64,000 bases of DNA from Candidatus Omnitrophota bacterium (GCA_035368605.1 DAOSLF010000004.1:29388-93387); one strand, 5' to 3'. Positions 1 to 10,370 are shown, counted from the stretch's first letter. Notes: generated by a model not told the origin, from the letters alone. Numbers and translations are program-made.

Positions 1-174
1 GGCATAATGAGGCGTGACAGCCCTTCCGTTCACAAGCACGCCTCCGTTCCGGATCAGCTTCTGAAGCTGCGCGCGGGAGTGGCGGTCCGAGAGTTTCGCG
101 GCGAGAAAAACGTCGAGTCGTTTCTGGGTCTCAAGCTCTTCAACGATAAATTCGTCAAAACGGCGGCGGCTCAT
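1..174 (-). CDS. rluD: 23S rRNA pseudouridine synthase (RluA/RluD family), N-terminal S4 domain only. The gene continues beyond the window start.
   Basis: Minus-strand translation from an ATG at about 172-174 gives MSRRRFDEFIVEELETQKRLDVFLAAKLSDRHSRAQLQKLIRNGGVLVNGRAVTPHY, a typical S4 RNA-binding N-terminus of RluD-type synthases. The start overlaps the lgt stop as ATGA. This ORF is not in the six-frame track because it is under 60 aa within the window. Confidence 0.55.
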   Translation of the reverse strand, partial: MSRRRFDEFIVEELETQKRLDVFLAAKLSDRHSRAQLQKLIRNGGVLVNGRAVTPHYA

Positions 175-917
175 GACCGCTTGTCCGCTCCGCGCCGGCG
201 GGCCTGGAACACCACAAAGGCCACAAGAATCATCGCCACGCTGATCCATTGATTGATCGTGAAACCGAACCAGTAAGCGGGTTGCTCGCGGACAAACTCG
301 ATCAGATAGCGCCCGAGCGCGTACAGCAGGAAGTAGAGCAGTCCGGTCTGGCCTTCGAAACGGGAGCGGCGGTCCCGGGCCCTCAGGAAAAAGAAAAGGC
401 ACAGACAATAAAAGGCTTCATAGAGTTGCGCGGGATGGACCGGGCCATTTGACTGCAAAAATTCGACCGCCCATGGCAGTTCACAACGGGTCCCGAAACA
501 GCATCCGTTCAGGAAACAGCCGACCCTTCCAAAGAACTGCGTCAACGCAATATATGGCGTGATAAAGTCCAGGAACCTCCAGAACGAGAGCTTTTTAGTC
601 CTCACGGTAACAAAAAAACCGAGGAGAGCCGAAACAGCTCCGCCGTAGAAGATGAGCCCGCCTTCCCAGACCGCGAAAATCCTGAGGGGGTCCGCGAGAT
701 AACCGGAAAGGTTCTGCGCCACATAAAACAGCCTCGCGCCGGCAAAACCCCACACGAAGAGCCAGAACATCATATCGGAACAATCGTCCGGGGCCGGAAA
801 CCCCTCGCGCGCGGCCCGGCGGCGCATCAGGTAGAGCGAAGCAAGCATCCCCAAGGCGAGGCAAACCCCGTAGGAATAGAGATGGAACGGGCCCACCGAG
901 AACAGAACGGGGATCAT
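171..917 (-). CDS. lgt: Prolipoprotein diacylglyceryl transferase.
   Basis: 248 aa, polytopic membrane protein. Lgt signature stretches GGLIFYGG and GRVGCFLNGCCFG are present. It sits immediately downstream of lspA. Confidence 0.9.
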   Translation of the reverse strand: MIPVLFSVGPFHLYSYGVCLALGMLASLYLMRRRAAREGFPAPDDCSDMMFWLFVWGFAGARLFYVAQNLSGYLADPLRIFAVWEGGLIFYGGAVSALLGFFVTVRTKKLSFWRFLDFITPYIALTQFFGRVGCFLNGCCFGTRCELPWAVEFLQSNGPVHPAQLYEAFYCLCLFFFLRARDRRSRFEGQTGLLYFLLYALGRYLIEFVREQPAYWFGFTINQWISVAMILVAFVVFQARRRGADKRS

Positions 918-1399
918 TCTTTTTTCTCGGCGCGGAGAATACTCAGGAGATAAATCCCCACCCCGACCGTGATGGCCGTATCCGCGAGATTAAAAACGGG
1001 CCAGATCCTGAAGTCGAGAAAATCGACGACCGCGCCGATCCGGAATCGATCGATCCAGTTGCCGATCGCACCGCCAAGGATGAGACTGAGCGCCCACTTT
1101 TCGGAAAGAGAAGCGCCGCGGGAACGCGCGACGAGAATGAACAGGAGGACAAGACTGACGGTGATGACCGAGAAAAGCAGGGAGCTATGGTCGCTCATAA
1201 AACCAAACGCCACGCCGGTATTTCTGACAAGTGTCAAATGAAGGACACCCGGGATGGCGACCGCTGAATTTTCCGAGAGGAACGCGACCGCGAGGGCCTT
1301 CGTCAGCTGGTCAAGAAGGACAACCAACCCCACCAACCCGTAAAAGAAGATCAACTGCGACGAGGCTCCTTCTCTTCCTCTTCCTGGGCCTGCAGGCAA
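914..1399 (-). CDS. lspA: Lipoprotein signal peptidase (signal peptidase II).
   Basis: 161 aa with 4 TM helices. LspA motifs NTGVAFG, GGAIGNWIDR and FNLADTAI are present. The start is uncertain: the first about 15 codons overlap the upstream dksA-like gene, so the true start may be near 1355. Confidence 0.85.
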   Translation of the reverse strand: MPAGPGRGREGASSQLIFFYGLVGLVVLLDQLTKALAVAFLSENSAVAIPGVLHLTLVRNTGVAFGFMSDHSSLLFSVITVSLVLLFILVARSRGASLSEKWALSLILGGAIGNWIDRFRIGAVVDFLDFRIWPVFNLADTAITVGVGIYLLSILRAEKKE

Positions 1400-1938
1400 A
1401 ACCGCACGTAAGGAGCGGCCATGAGACGCTTCTTGGGAATAGCGACACCGTACTTCTCGCAGATACCGAAGGTACCTTCCTCGATCTTCTTGAGGGCGAC
1501 TTCCACGTCGTTCAGAAGCTGCTGTTTGTTGGCGGCAAGGCCGATATTGATCTCCCGGTCAAAACTGTCAGTGGCAACATCGGCCATATGCACACCATAG
1601 CCGGAGAGGTCCCCCGAGAGGTCCTTCTGGCTGGTATTGAGGTTCTCATCCTCGATGGCCCGGATATTCCTGACAATCTTTTTTTTCATTTCGCTGAGGA
1701 TCTTTTTGAAGACATTGAGATCCGACTTGCCGAGAGGACTCTTCGTGAGTCTGGGCCCCTTCGGGGACTTTGAGACCCTGGAAACACGATATCCCATTAT
1801 CGGAACGACCTTGACGACCGACGCGGCCTTCCTGATCCGGGAAATTCGCGGACGGGCCTTGGGGCGAGCCTTCGCTTTAGGGCGGGATTTCGCCTTGGCT
1901 TTTACCTTCGCTTTGACCGTTTTTTTCTTTTTCACCAT
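1351..1938 (-). CDS. DksA/TraR-family regulator with a histone-H1-like lysine/alanine-rich N-terminal extension.
   Basis: C-terminal region LNDVEVALKKIEEGTFGICEKYGVAIPKKRLMAAPYVRFCLQ matches the DksA/TraR C-terminal zinc-finger region, with only 2 Cys retained. A coiled-coil lies upstream. N-terminus is MVKKKKTVKAKVKAKAKSRPKAKARPKARPR; an alternative internal start is at M48. Confidence 0.7.
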   Translation of the reverse strand: MVKKKKTVKAKVKAKAKSRPKAKARPKARPRISRIRKAASVVKVVPIMGYRVSRVSKSPKGPRLTKSPLGKSDLNVFKKILSEMKKKIVRNIRAIEDENLNTSQKDLSGDLSGYGVHMADVATDSFDREINIGLAANKQQLLNDVEVALKKIEEGTFGICEKYGVAIPKKRLMAAPYVRFCLQAQEEEEKEPRRS

Positions 1939-2083
1939 ATGATTTCCTCTCTTGCAAGAAGAATTAAGGGCCCTCCGTCTGGCGGAAGCCCCCTTTGAGG
2001 CTCCACGAAACGGGCCGCATTATACCGAGGGCTCTTCCCCCGCGCAAGGCAAATCCCAAGCCTCTTCCCTGAAAACGCAGATT

Positions 2084-3346
2084 TCAGGACTGCGCCGCGG
2101 GAACATCGATCTTCCCTTTGGCGATCTCTTTCCTGATAACGCGGATGAACGCCTCGACCACCACGGGGTCGAATTGGGTCCCCGAACAGTGTTCAAGCTC
2201 CCGAAAAGCGGCCTCAATAGGCCTCCCTTCCCGGTAACAGCGACCGGACACGATCGCGTGAAAACTGTCCACCACGCTGACGACACGCGCCTCGATAGGA
2301 ATCTCCGCGGCTTTTAGGCCCTTCGGATAACCGGTCCCGTCAAAGCGTTCATGATGGGCCATGATAATCTCTTTGACCTTTTTGAAATCGGAAAGCGGCT
2401 CCAGGATCTTCGCCCCTTTCTCGACATGGGTCCTCATGACCTTCCATTCCTCATCGGTCAACTGCCCGGGCTTGGTCAGAATCTGGTCGGGAATTCCGAT
2501 CTTGCCCACATCGTGCAGAAGGAGGGCGGCAGAAAGGATATCCTTGCCGGGGCCGGAAAGATCGAGCCCGAGCTCGCGAGCGGTCATCATGCCCAGCTTT
2601 TCCACCTCGGAGACGTGCCCGAAGACCGTCGGCGATTTCGCCTCGACCTCTTCGGCCAGGGAACGAATGATTTCGTAGTAGGTGCGCTGTTCCTTGTGAC
2701 GGAGCTTTTCAATCTCAGCAAGCCGTTTCTCGAGCTCGCGGTTCTTTTCCGTCAGGCGATTGTTGTATTCGGCCGTCTTGATCGCCATGGAACAATCGTT
2801 AGCGAGCGTCTGGAAGAAAAGGATTTCCTGGTCGGTGAAAAAACGGCCGCTGAACTTTCCGCCGAGCATCAGGATTCCCACAAGGTCATGCTTGAAGTAG
2901 CCCGGAACCACAAGTTCCACCTTCAACATTTCCATCGTTTTCTGAATCTGCGTCAGCTCCGAAGCCCGGGAATTGGCGGCCAGACGGAATTGGGCCTTGT
3001 TCTGCATTTTTTTGACATCGGAGAGAAGGAGAAAATCCTGTCCAAACGGCATCTTGCGCCGTCCCATCAAAAACCAGCGGATCAGGGGATGATCCGCATC
3101 GAATTTGACGAGCCCGACCGGGACGCGCCGGATCCCTTTTGAATTGACGAAAACATAGCGCTTGCGGGAAGGCTCATGGACGAGAATCGTCGTATGGTGA
3201 AGCCCGAACTGACGGTCGATGAAACGGGTGATCATTTTCAGGAGCCGGTCCGGCTTCCTGAGCCGCACCATACTGCGGGCGACATCGCGGAGAGCCTCCT
3301 GATAATCGAACTTTTTATTACGTGGGTCCTTCGAACTGGCCGTCAT
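2084..3346 (-). CDS. GAF-domain HD-GYP phosphodiesterase (putative c-di-GMP phosphodiesterase).
   Basis: C-terminal HD-GYP region HDVGKIGIPDQIL...MAHHERFDGTGYPKGL. A GAF-like domain lies N-terminal. The track ORF begins at a TTG at 3430. A better ATG is at codon 29 (MTASSKDPRNKKFD), giving an end of about 3346. Confidence 0.8.
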   Translation of the reverse strand: MTASSKDPRNKKFDYQEALRDVARSMVRLRKPDRLLKMITRFIDRQFGLHHTTILVHEPSRKRYVFVNSKGIRRVPVGLVKFDADHPLIRWFLMGRRKMPFGQDFLLLSDVKKMQNKAQFRLAANSRASELTQIQKTMEMLKVELVVPGYFKHDLVGILMLGGKFSGRFFTDQEILFFQTLANDCSMAIKTAEYNNRLTEKNRELEKRLAEIEKLRHKEQRTYYEIIRSLAEEVEAKSPTVFGHVSEVEKLGMMTARELGLDLSGPGKDILSAALLLHDVGKIGIPDQILTKPGQLTDEEWKVMRTHVEKGAKILEPLSDFKKVKEIIMAHHERFDGTGYPKGLKAAEIPIEARVVSVVDSFHAIVSGRCYREGRPIEAAFRELEHCSGTQFDPVVVEAFIRVIRKEIAKGKIDVPAAQS

Positions 3347-3383
3347 GAACGCTATCCGAACCGTCCTTTTTGGCGAGTGGAGA

Positions 3384-3758
3384 TCAAACCCCGGCCAGGC
3401 TGTCGATCTTCTCCTGGACATCCTTCTCAAGGTATTCGAGGCTCAGGGGCTTGGTGATATAGTTATCGGCACCGGCCCTCATGGCCTCTTCGATCTTGTC
3501 CTGGGTTTCGACCGCAGTCACCATGATGACCTTGGTTTTGGGATGTTTTTCCTTGATCTTCCGGAGAGCCGTCAGACCGTCCATTTCGGGCATTTGGATA
3601 TCCAGAAGCACCACATGCGGGTTAAAGCTTTCCACTTTCGCGAGCGCCTGGACCCCGGAATAGGCGGTCATCACCTGGAAATCACGATCCTCGAAAAAGG
3701 ACTTCAGGAACTCACAGATCTCGATCTCATCGTCCACAAGCAACAATCTCTTTTTCAT
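3384..3758 (-). CDS. Single-domain response regulator (CheY-like receiver).
   Basis: 124 aa. MKKRLLLVDDEIEI...LLDIQMPEMDGLTAL...KVIMVTA: a canonical receiver domain with the phospho-acceptor Asp, and no output domain. Confidence 0.85.
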   Translation of the reverse strand: MKKRLLLVDDEIEICEFLKSFFEDRDFQVMTAYSGVQALAKVESFNPHVVLLDIQMPEMDGLTALRKIKEKHPKTKVIMVTAVETQDKIEEAMRAGADNYITKPLSLEYLEKDVQEKIDSLAGV

Positions 3759-3789
3759 GGTCCATCCTCCCGGTTGAAAGATAACGGCA

Positions 3790-5340
3790 TTATGATTCGT
3801 TTTCGATCAGGACCTTCCCGAGCGGCGCGATCTTCGCGGAACCGGCGGTCTCTTCCTGACGGCACGGCAACTGGATAATAAAAAGACTTCCCTCTCCCGC
3901 CTGGCTTTCTACGCGGATCGCCCCGCCGTAGCGGCTCACAATCTGGCGCGCCACAAAAAGTCCGAGGCCGACCGCGGCATGTCGCGTCGTAAAAAAGGGA
4001 TTGAAGATCTTTTCAAGGTTCTCCGGCGCGATTCCCCGCCCCGAATCCGAAAAACGGATCTCGATAATCCCGGCCTCCGGGGCCTGTCGAAGCTCGACCC
4101 CGATCCTGCCTTCGCTTTCGATCGCCTCGACCGCGTTGAAAAAAAGGTTCAGGAATATCTCGCGGATCTCCTGAACATTCCCAAAGAATTCCGGAAGCTC
4201 GGGATCCACCGAACAGCTTATCTCGATACGGTCGAGCGACGCCTGATACCCCACAAGCGACACAGTCTCATCCAGAATCTTTCCCAGCGAAAACCATTCC
4301 CTCGGCGATTTGGACTCCTGGGAGTACATGAGAAGCTTTCTCGTTATATCGGCCGCCCGGCGGGTTTGCTTCACCATGACGTTGAGCGCCTCTTCGATGT
4401 GGGGCTCAAGGGGAGCGCGATTCTTCTGCATGAGGAGCACCTGGGCCTTGCCGGAAATGATCGCGAGCGGGTTATGGACCTCGTGGGCGATCCCTGCGGC
4501 AAGCTTTTCGATCGCGGACATTTTTGTTTTCTGGAACCACTCGGCCTGGGAATCCTGGAGCTGAAAATTGGTGTTCCGGAGCTGCCGTACGACCTGGGCA
4601 TTGCGAACGCAGGGGGCGACGGCTTCCGCGAACTCCCGGAAGAAATGGAAATCCGACTCGTCAAAGACCATGTCCGGGGAATGCGCGCCGAAGGCGATCA
4701 TGCCCACCAGGTCTTCCCTGACAAAAAGAGGGACGACCCAACCGGACCGGAGGACGTCAAAATCCCCTCCCATCTCGTTGGCTTCCTGCCAGGAAAGGCT
4801 TTTGAGCAGCGGGGATCGCACGACAACATGAGGACCCGATTCCTTTATGTGCTGGACCAGCGGCGCATCGCACGCGAGCAGAATCCGCTTCGACACGGCG
4901 ATCGGCCATCCGAACGACGACGCAATCTCAAATCCGCTTCGTGTGGCGTCCGGCACGAGAAGCGCGACGTTCCGAAGCCGAAGGACTTCACCGAACGTAT
5001 TGACGACCATGTTCGCGAGCTCCTGCAGGTCAAGGTTCGTCCGGAGATCTTCAGCCAGATCCATGAGGGTCATCTGAGCGTAACTTTTGCGGCGGAAAAG
5101 ATATTTCTCGAGAAACCACTTCACGAACCGTTCGATCGGTTTGTAGGCCACAAGCGAGATCAGGGTCATGACAAAGACCGGCATCAGCGGATGGGTCCCC
5201 CACGTCCCGGCAACAAACTGCGGGAGGATCAGGGAAACAAGGTAGGCCGAAACGGCACCCAGGAAGAAAAGAATCAACCCGGTCAGGGCCTTCCGGAGCA
5301 CGGTCCTCGGATTCCTTAAATGGAACAGCATGATCGCCAA
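3790..5340 (-). CDS. Membrane-anchored GAF-domain sensor histidine kinase.
   Basis: 516 aa with N-terminal TM helices and a GAF-like region. HisKA H-box IAHEVHNPLAIISG is present. HATPase_c N, G1 and G2 boxes (NLFFNAVEA, DSGRGI, GLGL) are present. Confidence 0.85.
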   Translation of the reverse strand: MAIMLFHLRNPRTVLRKALTGLILFFLGAVSAYLVSLILPQFVAGTWGTHPLMPVFVMTLISLVAYKPIERFVKWFLEKYLFRRKSYAQMTLMDLAEDLRTNLDLQELANMVVNTFGEVLRLRNVALLVPDATRSGFEIASSFGWPIAVSKRILLACDAPLVQHIKESGPHVVVRSPLLKSLSWQEANEMGGDFDVLRSGWVVPLFVREDLVGMIAFGAHSPDMVFDESDFHFFREFAEAVAPCVRNAQVVRQLRNTNFQLQDSQAEWFQKTKMSAIEKLAAGIAHEVHNPLAIISGKAQVLLMQKNRAPLEPHIEEALNVMVKQTRRAADITRKLLMYSQESKSPREWFSLGKILDETVSLVGYQASLDRIEISCSVDPELPEFFGNVQEIREIFLNLFFNAVEAIESEGRIGVELRQAPEAGIIEIRFSDSGRGIAPENLEKIFNPFFTTRHAAVGLGLFVARQIVSRYGGAIRVESQAGEGSLFIIQLPCRQEETAGSAKIAPLGKVLIENES

Positions 5341-5357
5341 CGGATTCCCTCTTTCAT

Positions 5358-8201
5358 TTAACGGGACTGAATCGCTTCAACACACTTCGGACAAAGCGCG
5401 ACGTGCCGGGGATCGCGACCGACGGCGGAAGAATAATTCCAGCAACGAACGCATTTGGCACCGTCGGCCCTGGTCACAAGCACTTTGAGCCGCAGCTTCT
5501 CCCGGAAGACCGAAGAAACAATTTCTGCGGCCTCCACGCCCGCCACGGCCGCCGCTTCCAGGGAAACCTGGGACACGACGAAAACGCGAGCGAGCTCTTT
5601 TTCATATCTGTGTAATATTTCGGCAGATCCCGGCAAGTCTACAGTAAAAGCGACCTTTGCCTCGAGCCCCGCACCGATCACTTTTGCCTCTCTCTGCTTT
5701 TCAAGGAACGGTATCACGGCGTCACGGATTTCGCGGATATGCTCCCACGCCGCGAATTCCGGGTTCTGGCGGGCCTGCGGCTCCGGCCACGCACTCGCGT
5801 GGACCGTCGGGACCCCCGGTTCAAGGACATAGGATTTCCAGACCTCGTCAGAGGTGAACGGCATGATGGGTGCGGTCAGCTTCACGAGCCGGGCGAGGAT
5901 GTAATAAAGCGACGTTTGGGCCGAACGCCGGAGCCACGAAGCGGGCGCGGCGGTGTAGAGGGTGTCCTTCAGCACATCGAGATAATACGCGCTCAGATCG
6001 ACCACACAGAAGTTGTAGACCTCGCGGTAGATCTGGTGGAATTCGAAACGCTCATACAGATCCGTCACCGTCCGAACCAGAAGGTCGGTCTTGTCAACTG
6101 CCCAGCGGTCGATCGGATGCTGTTTCCCGAACGGGACGGCATCTTTGGTCACGTCGAAATCGTAGAGGTTCGAGAGGAGGTACCGGTAGGTGTTGCGAAT
6201 CTTGCGGTAGGTCTCGACCAGCTGTTTCAGGATATCGTTGGAAAGACGCACATCGAACTGGTAATCGCAGGAAGCGACCCAGAGGCGCAGAACATCCGCG
6301 CCGAATTCTTTCATGACTTCCTGGGGCGTCACGACGTTCCCCGCGGATTTCGACATCTTCTTTCCCTGGCCATCGACAACGAATCCGTGCGTAAGAACGC
6401 TTTTGAAGGAACTCTTTCCTTCCAGCGCCGCCGCGGTCGTAAGCGAGCTCTGGAACCAGCCGCGATGCTGGTCCGACCCCTCAAGGTAAAGGTCTGCCGG
6501 AAACCCGAGCCCAGGATACTGACGGAGCACCGCCTGATGGCTCACGCCCGAATCGAACCAGACGTCGATGATATCGGTCTCTTTCTCAAACTCCGAGCCG
6601 CCGCATTTCGGACATCGGGTGCCTTGTGGTACGAATTCGGACGCGGGGTGGGTAAACCAGGCGTCCGCGCCTTCTTTTTTGAAAAGATCGAGGATTTTCG
6701 GCCTGGACTCCTTGACGAAATGAACACCGGTACACCTGGCGCACCGCACAACGGGGATCGGAACACCCCAGTAGCGCTGCCGCGAAAGGCACCACTCCGG
6801 ACGCGTCTCGACCATCGCGGCAATGCGATTCTTGCCCCACCCGGGAATAAAGCGGATATCCTTCTGAATCGCCCCGAGCATTTTCTGACGGAGGTCCTTG
6901 TGATCGATCTTCATGAACCACTGCGTTGTCGCACGGAAAAGAATCGGCTTCTTGCAACGCCAGCAATGCGGGTAGGAATGCGGGTGATCGGCCTCATGAA
7001 GCAAAAGTTTTTTCTCTTTCAGAATCTCGATGATCTTCGGGTTGGCCTTGAAAACATGCTCCCCGCGGCAAAGATCGAACTCCTCCGTGAACCTCCCCTT
7101 CGCGTCCACCGGTGAAAGGATCGCGAGGCCGTTATCAAGGTGGCCAAACTTGTAGTCCTCTTCACCGTGGCCCGGGGCAATATGGACGATGCCGGTGCCA
7201 TCCTCGCTCGAAACGTAATCGGCAAGAATCGCGCGCCCTTTTCGGGAAAGGAACGGGTGCTCGTATTCCGCCTTGTCCAGCACGACTCCCTTAACATTGA
7301 CGATGGACTCCATGAGCGGGGCCTTCAGGGCAAGCGAACGGAGGAACGGGACCCTCGCGTCCGCGAGGAACCAGACCTCGTCACCCATATCGAGGAAAGA
7401 ATAGGAGAGCTCGGGATGGAGCGCGATCCCGACGTTCGCGGGAAGCGTCCAGGGCGTTGTCGTCCAGACGAGCGCGTAGACCGGCCGCTCGCCGAATTTG
7501 CGGAGTTCGACCGGATTCACCTTCCCGTTCAGCGAGTCCTTTACGAGCCGGAATTTCACATAGACGGATTTCGAGACCTTGTCCTCGTATTCAAGCTCGG
7601 CGTCGGCGAGGGCGGTTTCGCAGTCAAAGCACCACGGCACCGGTTTCAGCCGCTGTTCGATGTAGCCGTCCTCGTAAAGGCGGAGGAAGGAATCCGCGAT
7701 CGCGGCCTGATACTCGAAATTCATCGTAAGATAAGGCTTTTCCCATTCCGCGAAGATTCCGAGCCGTTTGAACTCTTCGCGCTGGGTCCCGATGAACCGT
7801 TCGGCGTATTTTCGGGCCTGCTTCCGGAACTCGACCCGGTCCACATCCTCCTTGCGCTTGCCCATCTCTTTCAGGCAGGCATGCTCGATCGGGAGACCAT
7901 GGCAATCCCAGCCCGGCACATAAAGGGCATCGTGGCCGCGCATTGTCCGGAACTTCACGATCAGGTCTTTCAGGACCTTGTTCAGGGCATGTCCGATGTG
8001 GATTTTCCCGTTCGCGTACGGAGGGCCGTCGTGAAGGATATATTTCGGTTTTCCCGCGGATTTTTCGCGAACCTTCCTGTAGATGCCATCACTCTCCCAC
8101 CCCTTCAACATCTCAGGCTCCCTCTGAACGAGGTTCGCCTTCATCGGGAACAGCGTCTGCGGTAGATTTAACGTGTCCTTGTAGTTCTTCTCTTTACTCA
8201 T
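5358..8201 (-). CDS. ileS: Isoleucine--tRNA ligase.
   Basis: 947 aa. Class I HIGH ([12 protein letters not shown]) and KMSKS motifs are present. A CP1 editing domain is present. C-terminal Zn-binding cysteines occur (CVRCWNY...CPKC). Confidence 0.95.
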   Translation of the reverse strand: MSKEKNYKDTLNLPQTLFPMKANLVQREPEMLKGWESDGIYRKVREKSAGKPKYILHDGPPYANGKIHIGHALNKVLKDLIVKFRTMRGHDALYVPGWDCHGLPIEHACLKEMGKRKEDVDRVEFRKQARKYAERFIGTQREEFKRLGIFAEWEKPYLTMNFEYQAAIADSFLRLYEDGYIEQRLKPVPWCFDCETALADAELEYEDKVSKSVYVKFRLVKDSLNGKVNPVELRKFGERPVYALVWTTTPWTLPANVGIALHPELSYSFLDMGDEVWFLADARVPFLRSLALKAPLMESIVNVKGVVLDKAEYEHPFLSRKGRAILADYVSSEDGTGIVHIAPGHGEEDYKFGHLDNGLAILSPVDAKGRFTEEFDLCRGEHVFKANPKIIEILKEKKLLLHEADHPHSYPHCWRCKKPILFRATTQWFMKIDHKDLRQKMLGAIQKDIRFIPGWGKNRIAAMVETRPEWCLSRQRYWGVPIPVVRCARCTGVHFVKESRPKILDLFKKEGADAWFTHPASEFVPQGTRCPKCGGSEFEKETDIIDVWFDSGVSHQAVLRQYPGLGFPADLYLEGSDQHRGWFQSSLTTAAALEGKSSFKSVLTHGFVVDGQGKKMSKSAGNVVTPQEVMKEFGADVLRLWVASCDYQFDVRLSNDILKQLVETYRKIRNTYRYLLSNLYDFDVTKDAVPFGKQHPIDRWAVDKTDLLVRTVTDLYERFEFHQIYREVYNFCVVDLSAYYLDVLKDTLYTAAPASWLRRSAQTSLYYILARLVKLTAPIMPFTSDEVWKSYVLEPGVPTVHASAWPEPQARQNPEFAAWEHIREIRDAVIPFLEKQREAKVIGAGLEAKVAFTVDLPGSAEILHRYEKELARVFVVSQVSLEAAAVAGVEAAEIVSSVFREKLRLKVLVTRADGAKCVRCWNYSSAVGRDPRHVALCPKCVEAIQSR

Positions 8202-8231
8202 GGCAACTCCGTACGCCGCACTTCGTACCTG

Positions 8232-9041
8232 TTAAAACTTTTCGATTGTTTTCGTAATCAGTTTATCCAGCTTCGGGCCGGCTTCGTTTGCGGTCTTGAT
8301 GATCTCCTTGATGTCGCAAGGCTCAAGGTGGTCGGGATCGCACCTATCCGTCACCACGCTCACGCCGAGCACTTCCATGCCCATATGAACGGCCACGATC
8401 ACCTCCGGCACCGTCGACATCCCGACAAGGTCCGCGCCAAAGTTTCGCATCATACGGTACTCCGCGCGCGTTTCAAGGCACGGCCCCGTGACCCCGATAT
8501 AGACGCCCCGGCGAACCGGCACCTTCACTTCAGCCGCCGCCATCGATGCCAGATCGATCAGCCGTTTGGAGTAAGGCTCATTCATGTCCGGGAAACGCGG
8601 CCCGAGTTTGTCTTCGTTCGGCCCGATAAGCGGATTCACGCCCATGAAGTTGATATGGTCCGTGATCAGAACAATCTCGCCTTTGCCGAATTCGAGATTC
8701 AGCCCGCCGGCGGCGTTGGAGACCACGAGCGCCTTCGCGCCGAGCTCCCGGAGAACGCGCACCGCGAACGTCACCTCTTCGAGCGAGTAGCCTTCGTAAA
8801 AATGGAATCTCCCTTCCATCGCCGCGACTCTTTTGCCGCCGATCTCCCCGAGCACAAGCTGTCCCTTGTGAGACTGCACGGTCGAACGCGGGAAATGAGG
8901 CAATTTCTCGTACGGGAACACCCGCACGGTCCTGATCCTGTCAGCAAGCTGTCCGAGCCCGGTGCCAAGGATCAATGCGATCTCGGGCCTGAAGTCGGTC
9001 TGCCTGCGAATGAATTTCACACAGTCACCGATATGTTTCAT
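8232..9041 (-). CDS. Purine nucleoside phosphorylase I (PNP/PupG family, inosine/guanosine type).
   Basis: It aligns along its full length with Bacillus PupG-type PNP: ILGTGLG, FHFYEGY, VSNAAGGLN, ITDHINFMG, GVTGPCLETRAEYRMMR, VGMSTVPEVIVA. The track start at 9131 lies upstream of the conserved N-terminus. The likely start is MKHIGD (codon 31). Confidence 0.85.
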   Translation of the reverse strand: MKHIGDCVKFIRRQTDFRPEIALILGTGLGQLADRIRTVRVFPYEKLPHFPRSTVQSHKGQLVLGEIGGKRVAAMEGRFHFYEGYSLEEVTFAVRVLRELGAKALVVSNAAGGLNLEFGKGEIVLITDHINFMGVNPLIGPNEDKLGPRFPDMNEPYSKRLIDLASMAAAEVKVPVRRGVYIGVTGPCLETRAEYRMMRNFGADLVGMSTVPEVIVAVHMGMEVLGVSVVTDRCDPDHLEPCDIKEIIKTANEAGPKLDKLITKTIEKF

Positions 9042-9081
9042 CAGACCGCCCTTTGGCTGACAGAACCGCTTCATCGCCATC

Positions 9082-9387
9082 TCACATTCCTCCCTGGATT
9101 TTATAAGCCACCGACAAAAGCAGTGTGACAAGCACCCGATTCACAAAAACAAGCAAAATGAAAGCCAGGATCGGCGAGAAATCCATCGGGCCGATCCTGA
9201 TCGGAATCTTCCGGAGCGGTTCAAGGATCGGATCGGTCACCTGCATAAGGAACTGGACCACGCTGGAATAAGGGTCCACGGGAAACCAGGAAATGATGAT
9301 CCGCGCGAACAGCATCCAGTAGAGGATCGTCGTGATCCCGTTGACGAGCATCGCAAGCGCCTTGAATATTTCCGCAAAAATGAACAT
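9082..9387 (-). CDS. YggT-family membrane protein (Ycf19-like).
   Basis: 101 aa with 2-3 TM helices. Located in the conserved yggS-proC-yggT arrangement. Confidence 0.7.
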   Translation of the reverse strand: MFIFAEIFKALAMLVNGITTILYWMLFARIIISWFPVDPYSSVVQFLMQVTDPILEPLRKIPIRIGPMDFSPILAFILLVFVNRVLVTLLLSVAYKIQGGM

Positions 9388-9432
9388 CTCTTTTCCTTTT
9401 CCTCGTCTTCAAAATCGGGGAGTGACCCCGCT

Positions 9433-10242
9433 CTATTTTGCCCGAAGCTGGCGGCTGCGTCGCGCCGCGGCCGCAAGAGCGGATTGGAAGATTTTTCCGA
9501 ATCTCTTTTTCATGAGCATCTTCAGCGCCGCTTCGGTCGTCCCCTTTTTGGAAGTGACCTTCTGCCGGAGCTCCGCGCAGGAGTCCGCCGAGTTCTTTGC
9601 GAGAAGCGCCGCGCCCAGCCCCGTCTGGATCGCGAGCCGTGCCGCGACTTTTGCCGGTATCCCGCGTTTCACGCCGAAATCGGTCAGGAGTTCCATCAGA
9701 TAAAAAAAGTACGCCGGACCGCTACCGCTCATCGCCGTCACGTCGTCGAAGGCATTTTCGGGAAGCGTCACGACCTCGCCGCATCCTTCAAAGATCTCCG
9801 CGGCCGCGCCAAGCAACATCTTGTCCTGACCCGTGATGGCGGTCATGGCTCCGCCGACTTTGGCGCCGAGATTCGGCATCGCGCGAACCACGGAAACGGG
9901 GCCGAGTCCTTGCCGGATCTTTTCGACCGTAAACCCCGCGAGGATCGAGATCACGCCTTGTTTCTTTTCGAGGAACTTCTTCGCTTCAACCGCGAAATCC
10001 GGAAAATCCTGGGGTTTGATCGCGAGCAGAAGGATATCGCTTCCGCGGATCAACGCTTCGAGACTATGCGCCGCTTTCCCGCGGATCGCTTTCGCGAAGG
10101 AGCGCGCTTTTGCCGGGAACTTGTCATAAATCGCGATGGCCGTGCCTTTTAAGATGCCTTTGCGGCAGGCCCCCTCGATGATGGAGGTGCCCATATTGCC
10201 GGCACCGACCAATCCGATCTTGTTAAAACCGCGCTTCTTCAT
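9433..10242 (-). CDS. proC: Pyrroline-5-carboxylate reductase.
   Basis: 269 aa. N-terminal Rossmann motif GLVGAGNMG. P5CR signatures MSGSGPAYFFYLME and VTSKKGTTEAAL. Confidence 0.9.
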   Translation of the reverse strand: MKKRGFNKIGLVGAGNMGTSIIEGACRKGILKGTAIAIYDKFPAKARSFAKAIRGKAAHSLEALIRGSDILLLAIKPQDFPDFAVEAKKFLEKKQGVISILAGFTVEKIRQGLGPVSVVRAMPNLGAKVGGAMTAITGQDKMLLGAAAEIFEGCGEVVTLPENAFDDVTAMSGSGPAYFFYLMELLTDFGVKRGIPAKVAARLAIQTGLGAALLAKNSADSCAELRQKVTSKKGTTEAALKMLMKKRFGKIFQSALAAAARRSRQLRAK

Positions 10243-10370
10243 TTAGCCAATGGCTTTCCTTGAATAAATTTTGGTGCCTTGTCCACGATGCTTGTGCTTG
10301 GCGAACCGCACAGATTCCTCAGCGGTGTACCATGCGCTGAAATCTCCGGACCTTCGCAGGGGAACGCATT

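Noticed and set aside
7-252. 81-aa plus-strand ORF at the window start.
   Set aside because: It overlaps the minus-strand rluD N-terminus and the lgt 3' end. No homology signal. Likely spurious.
5739-7115. 458-aa plus-strand ORF (and 7140-8165, 341 aa) overlapping ileS.
   Set aside because: Antisense to a strongly supported ileS. Arg/Gly/Pro/His-rich composition typical of GC-rich antisense frames. No recognisable domains.
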